28,982 nucleotides of DNA from a virus. Lineage: Duplodnaviria > Heunggongvirae > Uroviricota > Caudoviricetes. The notes under the pieces are model-generated. The model saw nothing but the letters and a program-made list of their open reading frames with translations, did no database searches and was not told the DNA's origin. Numbering within the stretch: the stretch's first letter is position 1; every line of letters starts with the position of its first letter. Below are positions 18,208 to 27,500 of this stretch, piece after piece. The position numbers and the translations under genes were made by a program. The DNA is taken from IMG/VR virus record IMGVR_UViG_3300044675_003084, positions 65,378 through 94,359 of that record. The stretch is one strand, 5' to 3'.

Positions 18208-18516
18208 TTATTTTTTCTTTACTGATTCATTTGCTTTTTTACCAGCTCTTAAATCTGCTAAATCATCACTACCGATATCACCATCTTTATCAACATCTAA
18301 TTTCTTTTGACCGCCCACTAATTCTTCATTCTTCTCGCCCTTACCATTCCATGCTGCATCAATTTTATCAAAGAATGCTTTCTTTTCTTCATCTGACATA
18401 GATGGAATTGATTTTCCAGCTTTATCTAATGCTTTTTGAAAGAATGCCTGATATTCATTTTCTTCAATCATTACTCCTTTGATGATTTCTTTTAATCGTG
18501 TACGTGATATTTTCAT
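18208..18516 (-). CDS. Small head-associated protein with an EF-hand-like loop (102 aa)
   Basis: DVDKDGDIGSDD fits DxDxDGxI..xD; shares its start/stop junction with the upstream gene. Confidence 0.7.
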   Translation of the reverse strand: MKISRTRLKEIIKGVMIEENEYQAFFQKALDKAGKSIPSMSDEEKKAFFDKIDAAWNGKGEKNEELVGGQKKLDVDKDGDIGSDDLADLRAGKKANESVKKK

Positions 18517-19523
18517 TATTTTTCTATCTCCTGTATTGTTTTTGCTATGTTGATTAATCGTTCCTTTATCTTATAAATATGTCCGTGCGTTCTTTTCCAA
18601 AATGTATCGGAACTTAATTCATTCATAGTCTTAATTTGATTATACCAACGAAAAAAAGTTTCAACCTCTTTTAATTGATATTTTAATTCTCTCAAACCAG
18701 TAGCTAACTTCTTATTAGCATGCATTGATTCATCATTTTTTAATTCTAACCAACGATTTACTGGTCTTTGAATTTTCTTTCCCTCTGATAAACTCTCATC
18801 CATATGTTCTAAACCATATTTCATAATAGTTTTATCATCCAACATCTTACCATTAAGAGTAAACATACGTTTACCTTTGTAATAAACTGACCAATTACCT
18901 TGTGGGGTTGCATCGACAGTAATATTTTTTAAATCCTTTATACTTCTATCATTAACTTGAATAGCATCTAAGAATTTTTCTGCTTTAGGGTCTAATGCTT
19001 CGTTTACTGATTCGTTTGTTGATACAAATAATCTTACTGAAAGAATTACATCGTTACCTATTTTTAAATTACTTACTTTATGTTTTTCTAAATCATAAGC
19101 CGGATTGATTGTAGTTGCTTTAGCAATTACACCATCTTTAATAAAGTGTGGTTGTAATCCAGAGTAGTTATCATCTCTAAACATAAAAACATCTTTAGGG
19201 GATTCCTTAGATATTTTAATTATTTTCATTAAACCTTGCTTACCGATAAAACACCCACCTTCACACTTACTTCCACCATAAGTTTTACCTTTTTGTAATG
19301 ATATTTCATTTACTGATTCATCAATATTGTTAATATCATTATTTACTAATGTATAACCGAATTGTGTTGCAGTTTTTTTTCTTTTTTTATCAGAATTTTT
19401 ACCAGAAAAGGCATGAGGAGTATCGTAGCCATCAACATTACCTGTCACATTGGCTTCATCTAATTCATCTTCGACTTCCTTAATAAGTTCGTCTATAAAA
19501 GATTTAATATTTTTTTCTGACAT
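18516..19523 (-). CDS. Putative internal head/core polyprotein (335 aa)
   Basis: N-terminal LDEANVTGNVDGYDTPHAF and C-terminal helical segment flank two cassettes delimited by ESVNE. Confidence 0.7.
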   Translation of the reverse strand: MSEKNIKSFIDELIKEVEDELDEANVTGNVDGYDTPHAFSGKNSDKKRKKTATQFGYTLVNNDINNIDESVNEISLQKGKTYGGSKCEGGCFIGKQGLMKIIKISKESPKDVFMFRDDNYSGLQPHFIKDGVIAKATTINPAYDLEKHKVSNLKIGNDVILSVRLFVSTNESVNEALDPKAEKFLDAIQVNDRSIKDLKNITVDATPQGNWSVYYKGKRMFTLNGKMLDDKTIMKYGLEHMDESLSEGKKIQRPVNRWLELKNDESMHANKKLATGLRELKYQLKEVETFFRWYNQIKTMNELSSDTFWKRTHGHIYKIKERLINIAKTIQEIEK

Positions 19524-20373
19524 TGGTTATTTCCTTTATTAATTCATATGATATCATCAACGCTGAAACCTGTTCATCCGTAATTTTCTTTCCTATCTTT
19601 TGTGTTTTTAAAACATTGATAGTTTCTTTTAATTTAATTTTTGTGATTTTATCATTAACTTCGGAATGTAATTTGTGAAGTTCAGTTACTACTTTTTTTA
19701 ATTGTGAATCGTAGTATTCACCGAATTTAGATGTATTATTAACATTATTAATAAATTCTCTTAAAAGACCTTTTTGGTCGTCGTTTAAGTTAGTGTATTT
19801 ACTATTAAATGTTTCAACTAGTATTTTATATGTCAACAATCTCAAATCCTTTTCTTGATTCTTATATGTTTCCATTAATTTATCTTCAATCTTCTTAATA
19901 GATGTTTGGGTTGTAGATACGTGTTCTACTAATGTAATCTTAGCATCAAATACATCCTTAACATTAGTTACATCTTGTATCTTTGCTTCAAAAATCTTAT
20001 GAACCGATGCCAATACTCTATAATTAGAAACAGGCGAGGTAACAAATTCTTCAATATCAAAATTTTCTTTAATAGCCTTTACTAAGTTATACTTTTCTCT
20101 TAATAATTTAGTTTCATCTAATTTAGTACGAGTTTCGATAATAGCATCAATAAATTTTTCTGCTTTACTTTCTGAATTATATTTTTCAGTTGTAAGTAAA
20201 TTGAATAAACGCAATTCCTTTGCTAATTCGGTTTTACCACCAAAAAATTCCTGTACTATTTTTTTAGCCTTTTCAACTGGAGCATTATTTAAAATCTCCA
20301 ACGTGATTTGACGAGTTAAGAGTTCGAATAAAAACCCAGTATTTTTAAATTTCGAATGTTTAATTTTTTTCAT
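19504..20373 (-). CDS. Conserved helical hypothetical protein of the head module (289 aa)
   Basis: MKKIKHSKFKNTGFLFELLTRQIT start, directly downstream of portal, with its own TATTTATA motif and TAAGGA SD. Confidence 0.75.
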   Translation of the reverse strand: MKKIKHSKFKNTGFLFELLTRQITLEILNNAPVEKAKKIVQEFFGGKTELAKELRLFNLLTTEKYNSESKAEKFIDAIIETRTKLDETKLLREKYNLVKAIKENFDIEEFVTSPVSNYRVLASVHKIFEAKIQDVTNVKDVFDAKITLVEHVSTTQTSIKKIEDKLMETYKNQEKDLRLLTYKILVETFNSKYTNLNDDQKGLLREFINNVNNTSKFGEYYDSQLKKVVTELHKLHSEVNDKITKIKLKETINVLKTQKIGKKITDEQVSALMISYELIKEITNVRKKY

Positions 20374-20440
20374 TGTTTTTAAATCCTTATTTTGATAGAC
20401 TCAAATTTCTATATATAAATATAAAAAATTAGAAGTTAGA

Positions 20441-22171
20441 TTAATTTTCCGTATCATCGATAATATTAGTTTCATCTAACATATCTTTAGTTTCGTGTAA
20501 ATATTTCTTTTTTGATGAAATCCCATTGATGTAATTCATTGCTTTTGTTTCAGATGTTCTACTTCTCTTTGAAGTTCTCTCATCATCACCTAATGGGTCT
20601 CTTCCATAAGGATGCTTGTCTTTACCATAAGTATTACCTTCGCGAGGTCTACCACCTTTATCCTTCAATTCTGTTTTAAGATTTTCCAAACTTTCTTCAA
20701 CATCAGTTGGTTTTGGAGGGTTTGCAGGGTCATTACCATCATTTTCTATTGAATTGTAACGGAATACATCCTTTAAATCCTCAACCACTTTACCTCTTTG
20801 TTCGGTTTGTTCCGTTTCTGATAATTTAAATATATTTTCATATATCCAATCCTTAGATAACATCTTCAATGCAGCCATATCAGTTGCTAAACGGATTTTT
20901 TCACTCCATAGGTTTACTTTCTCTTGTTCGTAGATTGTAGATGGGTTAACTAATCCAATTTCAAAGTTAGTCATTTCAGAATCTTGTATACCATTACCAT
21001 ATAAGTGGATAACTGCTATTTTAGATAATTCTGAGGTAACTGTTCTTTGGATTCTTTCGATTGTTCTTGCAAAACGAACATCTTCTGCTGCTAGGGTTGC
21101 TTTACCATTTACATTTTCATCATATCCCAAATATGCTTTAGGGATTTTTAATGCAGCAAATAATTTAGCTTTTAGGTAATCAATATCTTCAATCGAAGCG
21201 TATTCTAAACCTGCTAAGTTTTCAATAGCAGTTCCACTATCACCACCTCTTACCGGTAGATAAAAATCTTCCGTAAGGTTTTGCATATTATACTTTAAAT
21301 TGTAATCACCACTTGTCTTATCTAAGAATGGAACTTTTTTCATCTTATTGATAATCTTTTGCATGTAGTTATCAACTTCGGTTGGTGGAATATTACCAAT
21401 ATCAATTTTAAATACTCTTTTTTCAGGTGCTCTCATAATACGATGGATTAACATCGCATCTTCCATCAAACTCAATTGTTTCCATAACCTTCTACCATTC
21501 TCAATCATTGATTTACCATAAGGTAACCAGTTGGTATCAGATAATAAACGGAAATGTGCCATTTCAAAGTTATCATACTCTACTTTACCAATTGGGTCTT
21601 CTTGTACTTTGAATTTAACAAGTGATATATTTTCAGGGTCGTGTCCTTCTATTCTTTCAGTATTATATTGTGAGTGTGGAGTAACGTTTACTATACCTTT
21701 ACCTTCAGCAATTTCAAGTCCTAAAAAGAAATCACCATATTTACACATATTACGAACCCACGGCCATAAAGTAAATTCAATATTAAGAATATCATAAAAA
21801 AGGTTTTCTAATAATTCTTGAACACGAGGGTTATCTGAACGTATTGTTATAATATCACCAAATTCGTTTTTAAGGGTAGATTCATCAGCGTAAATATCTA
21901 ATGCAGATGCTATAATTGGGTCTTGGTCCATTGCATCGAAATCTCTAAATACTTCTCTGCGAACTTGAGCGTATGCCATTGATTGTGCACCACCCGCTTG
22001 TTCATAAAAAGATTTTTGTATTTTTGTGTATCTATCTTTTAATGAAGATAGGTTTGTTTGTTGTCTTTCATCCGCATCAAAAACTTTTCGTTTTCCACTA
22101 GCATCGACAGTAACAATTGCCTTTGTTGAGAAAAGTTTTTTTAACCGATTGAAAAATGTAGTATCTGCCAT
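20441..22171 (-). CDS. gp20: Portal protein (T4 gp20-like)
   Basis: PYGKSMIE..RR.WKQL.LMEDAMLIHRIMRAPEKRVFKIDIGNIP, EDFYLPVRG, F...L.IPK and EDVRFARTI..IQ motifs. Confidence 0.96.
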   Translation of the reverse strand: MADTTFFNRLKKLFSTKAIVTVDASGKRKVFDADERQQTNLSSLKDRYTKIQKSFYEQAGGAQSMAYAQVRREVFRDFDAMDQDPIIASALDIYADESTLKNEFGDIITIRSDNPRVQELLENLFYDILNIEFTLWPWVRNMCKYGDFFLGLEIAEGKGIVNVTPHSQYNTERIEGHDPENISLVKFKVQEDPIGKVEYDNFEMAHFRLLSDTNWLPYGKSMIENGRRLWKQLSLMEDAMLIHRIMRAPEKRVFKIDIGNIPPTEVDNYMQKIINKMKKVPFLDKTSGDYNLKYNMQNLTEDFYLPVRGGDSGTAIENLAGLEYASIEDIDYLKAKLFAALKIPKAYLGYDENVNGKATLAAEDVRFARTIERIQRTVTSELSKIAVIHLYGNGIQDSEMTNFEIGLVNPSTIYEQEKVNLWSEKIRLATDMAALKMLSKDWIYENIFKLSETEQTEQRGKVVEDLKDVFRYNSIENDGNDPANPPKPTDVEESLENLKTELKDKGGRPREGNTYGKDKHPYGRDPLGDDERTSKRSRTSETKAMNYINGISSKKKYLHETKDMLDETNIIDDTEN

Positions 22172-22244
22172 ATTTTATTTTTTATATTAAAATTATATTA
22201 TTTAATAGTGCATCTTATTATACACTATAAATATGTTGAATTTA

Positions 22245-23828
22245 TTATTTAATCAACCAAGTCAAATCTTCGTCTTGATTACCCACTTTCATTGACCACG
22301 GATTATCATCCATTGAGCTACCACCATAGAAGCCAGATTCTTGTACTTGTTGTTGAATTCCACCCAACGATTTGATAGTTAAATCAATTCCTTCCTGTCT
22401 TAATCTCAATGCGGTATCTCTCACCCATAGAGCAATCGATAACGCCATTACTAAGTCATCATTGTATCCCCTCATTGCTTCCGCACGATTATTGTTCCAT
22501 ATAAAGGTAAAAAGCTCTTCTATCAACCTATTAGAACGTATGGTGATAGATTTCTCTCTGAAATAATCATCCAACTTTGAAATAATTAGAGGTCTTGTCT
22601 TAGATGTAGTTGAGAATCCTGCAACCATACCCCTTTCTTCCGCCCTAAATTTATTATGCATCTGATGTTCAACATCCACATACTTTAAATCCTTACTCAT
22701 ATAAAATAAGTTTTTATATCCCCTATCAATTACCTGTTGGATAACTGCCCAACCAATATTTGCGTTTTCTATTACTAAAAGTGCTTCGTTATAATCGGTT
22801 GCTAAGGAAACTAAGAAATTTCCAAAATCTTTTGTATCTAATTTTCCTTTGTATTCTGCTACTTGTACCGAATTAACAATATCAATTACTTGTGCGGCGG
22901 AGTAATCCGTAGAATCTCCACGTGCAACGTCCGCAACAACCATATATGATTTTTGATAATCGGGGTATTCCCATTTCCAAAGATTTCCATCAAAACCAGT
23001 TTTTTCTAATGGTTCTTGTACAAAAGTTTCCCTATAAAACATTAGAAGTTGTGGGTCTATGACACTATCACCGGATGATACGAAATCACAATCACATTCC
23101 TGTGCTGCACCCTTTGCTCCTAAAAGTATTTGTTGTTCATCTCTCCATTCTTGATTTCTTTCAGGATGAACCGTCCAATGTAAACGGACTGTATTGAATC
23201 CATTAGTTCCATCCTCTGCACCAACCCAAGTCCTATGAAAGAAATTACCCACACCATTAGGAGTAGAAAGAATAATTGCATTACCACCCGTTGATAGAGT
23301 AGATTGTGCAGATATCCAAATTTCTTCAATATTATCAATGAATGCTGCCTCGTCAAATACTAATAGGGATAGTGCTTCAGAACGACCAGCATCACCTGCT
23401 GCAGAAGTTGCTTTTGCCTGTGAACCATTTGAGTATCGTAATGAAAGTTTATTATCTTCAACTGTTGTTTGTTTTAACCAACTAGGTAAATATTGATTCA
23501 TTACCCTAATTTTAGTAATAAGGTTTTTAGCAACTTCTTGTTTAGTTGCAATTACCAATACGTTAAAATCTTGATTAAATAACATCTTCCACAATGCAAA
23601 TCCCGCAGTTAAGGTAGATATACCCGTTTGACGAGATTTTAGAATGATATTATATCGATGGTCTTTGAATTGTGTTAGTGTATTTTCTTGAAATGGATAT
23701 AAATGAAATGGTATTTTACCGCGGACAGGATGTTGAATCATACAATACTTTTTCATAAAGTATATAGGGTCACCAGCACATCGTTGGTATTCTAATTTTA
23801 TTATATCTTTTAAAGAAGTTCCTGCCAT
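22245..23828 (-). CDS. gp17: Terminase large subunit (T4 gp17-like)
   Basis: Walker A KSRQTGIST, Walker B LLVFDEAAF, STPNG coupling motif, nuclease residues ADVARG and DDLVMA. Confidence 0.97.
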   Translation of the reverse strand: MAGTSLKDIIKLEYQRCAGDPIYFMKKYCMIQHPVRGKIPFHLYPFQENTLTQFKDHRYNIILKSRQTGISTLTAGFALWKMLFNQDFNVLVIATKQEVAKNLITKIRVMNQYLPSWLKQTTVEDNKLSLRYSNGSQAKATSAAGDAGRSEALSLLVFDEAAFIDNIEEIWISAQSTLSTGGNAIILSTPNGVGNFFHRTWVGAEDGTNGFNTVRLHWTVHPERNQEWRDEQQILLGAKGAAQECDCDFVSSGDSVIDPQLLMFYRETFVQEPLEKTGFDGNLWKWEYPDYQKSYMVVADVARGDSTDYSAAQVIDIVNSVQVAEYKGKLDTKDFGNFLVSLATDYNEALLVIENANIGWAVIQQVIDRGYKNLFYMSKDLKYVDVEHQMHNKFRAEERGMVAGFSTTSKTRPLIISKLDDYFREKSITIRSNRLIEELFTFIWNNNRAEAMRGYNDDLVMALSIALWVRDTALRLRQEGIDLTIKSLGGIQQQVQESGFYGGSSMDDNPWSMKVGNQDEDLTWLIK

Positions 23829-23840
23829 TATTGTTTTGTA

Positions 23841-24500
23841 TTAAACGTAATGTTCACAATTATGTTCTTTTAAAATTTCGAACGCTTTATTACGGAACTC
23901 TTCTATTTTTTGTAACTCTTCCTTACCATTTGTAATAATTTCCATTATTTCTTTTTGGGTTTCCTCTACTGAATTAGGTAATTCCCATTTTTCCGTAGTT
24001 CCATCCTCATTAACGTATTCGTAGTAAGGTTTCACATCATCGTGTGCTTGTTGGAGTTCTTCTAATTTTATTTTACCATCGATTATCATACGAGTATATA
24101 TTTTATAATCCTCATATTGTTCCCATACTCCGGCAACTCTCACATTATGTTCTCTTTCCGCTAAACAATTGATACAATATCCAGTTTTTTTAATAACTTT
24201 CTTATGATTACTATTAATCTTTATTGTAGTACAATCTGGATTAGAACATCTTTCTAATTCTGCTATATATTTTCTGATTTCATCAAATGCTTCAGAGTTT
24301 TTAGAAGTTTTCATTGTGAATCCCTCTTTTTTCTCATATCTATGATGTTCGTCTTCCCATACATCACCAACCTTTCGTTCTACGTTAGCTTTTTCCCATC
24401 CTAACGCGGTAGTTTTTTCATATTCACCACCTGTCATAACCATATCCACCAACTTCCTACGAGTTGGATGCATAAACTTTTTGTTAAATTCCTTTGCCAT
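23841..24500 (-). CDS. Hypothetical protein with CxxxxC...CxxC putative Zn-binding motif (219 aa)
   Basis: CSNPDC and YCINC; immediately upstream of the large terminase. Confidence 0.7.
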   Translation of the reverse strand: MAKEFNKKFMHPTRRKLVDMVMTGGEYEKTTALGWEKANVERKVGDVWEDEHHRYEKKEGFTMKTSKNSEAFDEIRKYIAELERCSNPDCTTIKINSNHKKVIKKTGYCINCLAEREHNVRVAGVWEQYEDYKIYTRMIIDGKIKLEELQQAHDDVKPYYEYVNEDGTTEKWELPNSVEETQKEIMEIITNGKEELQKIEEFRNKAFEILKEHNCEHYV

Positions 24501-24553
24501 TATTATATATTAGGTTTTTATTTTAATATATATATAAGTATATATAAAATAAA

Positions 24554-27500
24554 TTATGCGTAAAAAATACCCAATAATTGATTCAGAGAGGCGAACGCTC
24601 CTGTTAATTTGAATGTCTGTCCGTTATATACAAATACAATTCCTTCGATTGGTACGATTCTTTTAGCACCACCGATTGCATTTAATCTTTTAAGTTCTAA
24701 TTTTAGTTTATCTATCTTTTTCGGGTCTCCACTAGCTTGAACATCCTTTATAGTTTGTTCCAATCGTTTCTTCATATCCCTTAGAGCGGAATCTGGATTA
24801 ACTGTTAATACCGATGCGGTAAATTCCAATACATCTGCACCAACTCCTAAGAAAATATCTTCAAATTTCATTAAGTTATCTTTTGAAATACCCTTATGGT
24901 CTTCCTTATCTATCTTAGTAGCCCATGCAAGGGTTTTTTCATCCTTAATTGAATTCTTATCAATACGGAATCCTTTTTCGTTAAACGCCCATCTCTTAAC
25001 TAACCCCATTTTGGTGCCGTTATCTAATGTAGTTGGTGATTTCTTATCTACAAAGTTCTCCCACCATGCTTGATGGTAATCTGCAACACCTGCAGTATCT
25101 CCTAATCCAAATTCTTTTTGTAATTTAGATATCATAGTAAGATACTTACCTTTTTTAGATGATAGGTCTTGTGATTTTGGTAACTTTAATACCGGTGGTC
25201 CTTGTAGTGTATACTTTGATTGAACATCGGCGTTTACTTGTTTAAGCATTCCACCCAATACTCTACCTGCTTCTGCCGATTCCCCTATTGCATCACCATT
25301 CTCATCGTACTCCATTGTTCCGTGAAATACTAATAGTGGTTGTCCGTAAGGAATGACGTTGACTGAGGTAGGGTATATCACCTCTATGTTCATAAAACAC
25401 GAACCATTCTTAAATACTTTATCTTTTTGTGCTTGGGATAATGATTTTATAGCATTAGATAGGTCTTTCATAGCGAAATTGTAGGCATCAGTTAATTCAC
25501 CTCTACCCGCAAACTTATCTGCTACTCCGTTGATATCTAACGCCCCAGCACCTTTGTTTTTCAAATGTGATTTGTTTCTTGCTGCTACTAATCTACCATC
25601 TATCCAACTAATTGCTAATGCTTGACCATCAGTTTTCTCTCTAGCAAATTCTAAGTTACCATCCAATGCACGATTTACAATATCTTTAAGTTGTCCAAAG
25701 GTTAAATTGATTTCAGTATCAAATGGATGATTCATATGTCCATATGCACCACCTTCCATTATTAAGGATTCGGTTGTAAATACAGGAGTAGATGATTTAA
25801 AATCAGCTTTTCTCATTACCGTCTTAGCAATCAATCTATCAGCCACTTTAATAAATGCTATGTTGATATTTGATACTCTATCTTTAACTACAAACTCTTT
25901 ATATTGTTTTAGGAACTCTAAAAATTTCTTTTTGTTTCTAGCCAATCTTTTGAATAAACCTGTTAGTTCTGCAGGTGATATTTCTTTACCATTTCGCGGG
26001 TCGTTTAACCTTTGAAAGAAATGGTCAGTTTCTTTTCCTAAATCAACATCAGTTGGATTCATTTGTGAATCGGCATATTTTTCAACCGCATCCATATCGG
26101 TTTTTGCCATTTCAACTTTAACTCTTTCTCTTAATACTGCACTTTGAGATGAATAAAAGTATCTATCAATTAATTTATTTTCTAATTTTTTAAATCCTGC
26201 ACTCTTATGACAATTATGGAATGGATTTTGTTGTTTTACTAAAAGTATTTGATGTGTTATCTCGTGTAATATTGCCCTTTCTATATCAGTAACCTTACTC
26301 AAATCAAAGGTAATATATTCTGGTATAAATGTTTTAGCATCATAAGTAGTTGCTGCACCTGCGTGACCAACTGAACCGAATTTTACTGCAATAGGTTTTA
26401 TATTTAAATCCTTACAAATTGCTTTGTAGTAATTTACAACACTTTCTTTTTTAACTTCAGTAATAACACCCTCTTCTATTTTAGTCTCCGATGTATTATT
26501 ATTTTTCATTCGTTGTCTACGCATATCAACGTGTGAATTACCAACCGGTGCAATTACTGTATATCCAGCATCCTCCGCCTCTTTAATTTTTCTATCTAGT
26601 TCTTTTTGACGAAATCCGTTGTATGCTTCTTGTGCTTTAAATATTTCAGTTTCACCATATCCATCATCATCTCTATAATTTAGTTCATAAAGGTCTTTTT
26701 GTTGTGAATCAGTTAGGTTATCCCAATCAACCTCACCATCAAACTCACTACTACCACCTTTTTTTGCTTGGTCTATTAACCATTCTTTTCCTTCATCATC
26801 TAAATAATCTTCAGGTGACATATTTTCGTCAGGACCATCTTGTCCATACATATTTGACCACAATGCAGCTTTAGCTTTAGATTTACTACCACCTACTGAT
26901 TTTGCTACTTCATCAAATACTGGTGATTTATCATCCAATACGTCTGCGTTTTCATCCCAACTACTTTCTTCTGCATTATCAAAGTGTCCTTTTACTGCAT
27001 TTCTAATTTCATTTTGTTCTCCGCCAAATTCAATATTACCATTCTTATCTTTACTCATACCACCCTCACCTACAAACATTACTTTTGTATTTTTAGGTAA
27101 AGTTTTTATTTGTTCTATTGTTTCTTTATTACTTTTTTTTCTTTTTCCGTGCTCAACTCCAATAATCAATGAACCATTTGGTGTTACATCAATATCTAAT
27201 TCTTCACCATTTTTTGTTTTTCTATTCTTTAATTTATTTGCTACTTCGGCAGTATCAGATGATGATTTTGTAGGTTCTTGTTTTGGTTCTTCTTTAGGTT
27301 GTTTAACACTTTTATCATGTTTAAACATATCCGCACCTTGTACTGCTTGACCAGTTGGTTTGGCTTCACCACCTTTATCATCTACCTCAATAGGATTATA
27401 TTTTCCACTATCATCTTTTGTAAATAGAGGTGCACCTTCTACATCTTTTTTACTTTTTTCTTTGTATTTACCATACCCAACATGCACGTATTTATCATCC

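Noticed and set aside
23120-23356. 78-aa minus-strand ORF nested in terminase
   Set aside because: Out-of-frame overlap within conserved ATPase motifs; no supporting features.
11300-23828. Inteins, introns or stop-codon reassignment in core genes
   Set aside because: MCP, portal, protease and TerL are of ordinary length and uninterrupted in the standard code; both TAA and TAG serve as stops.
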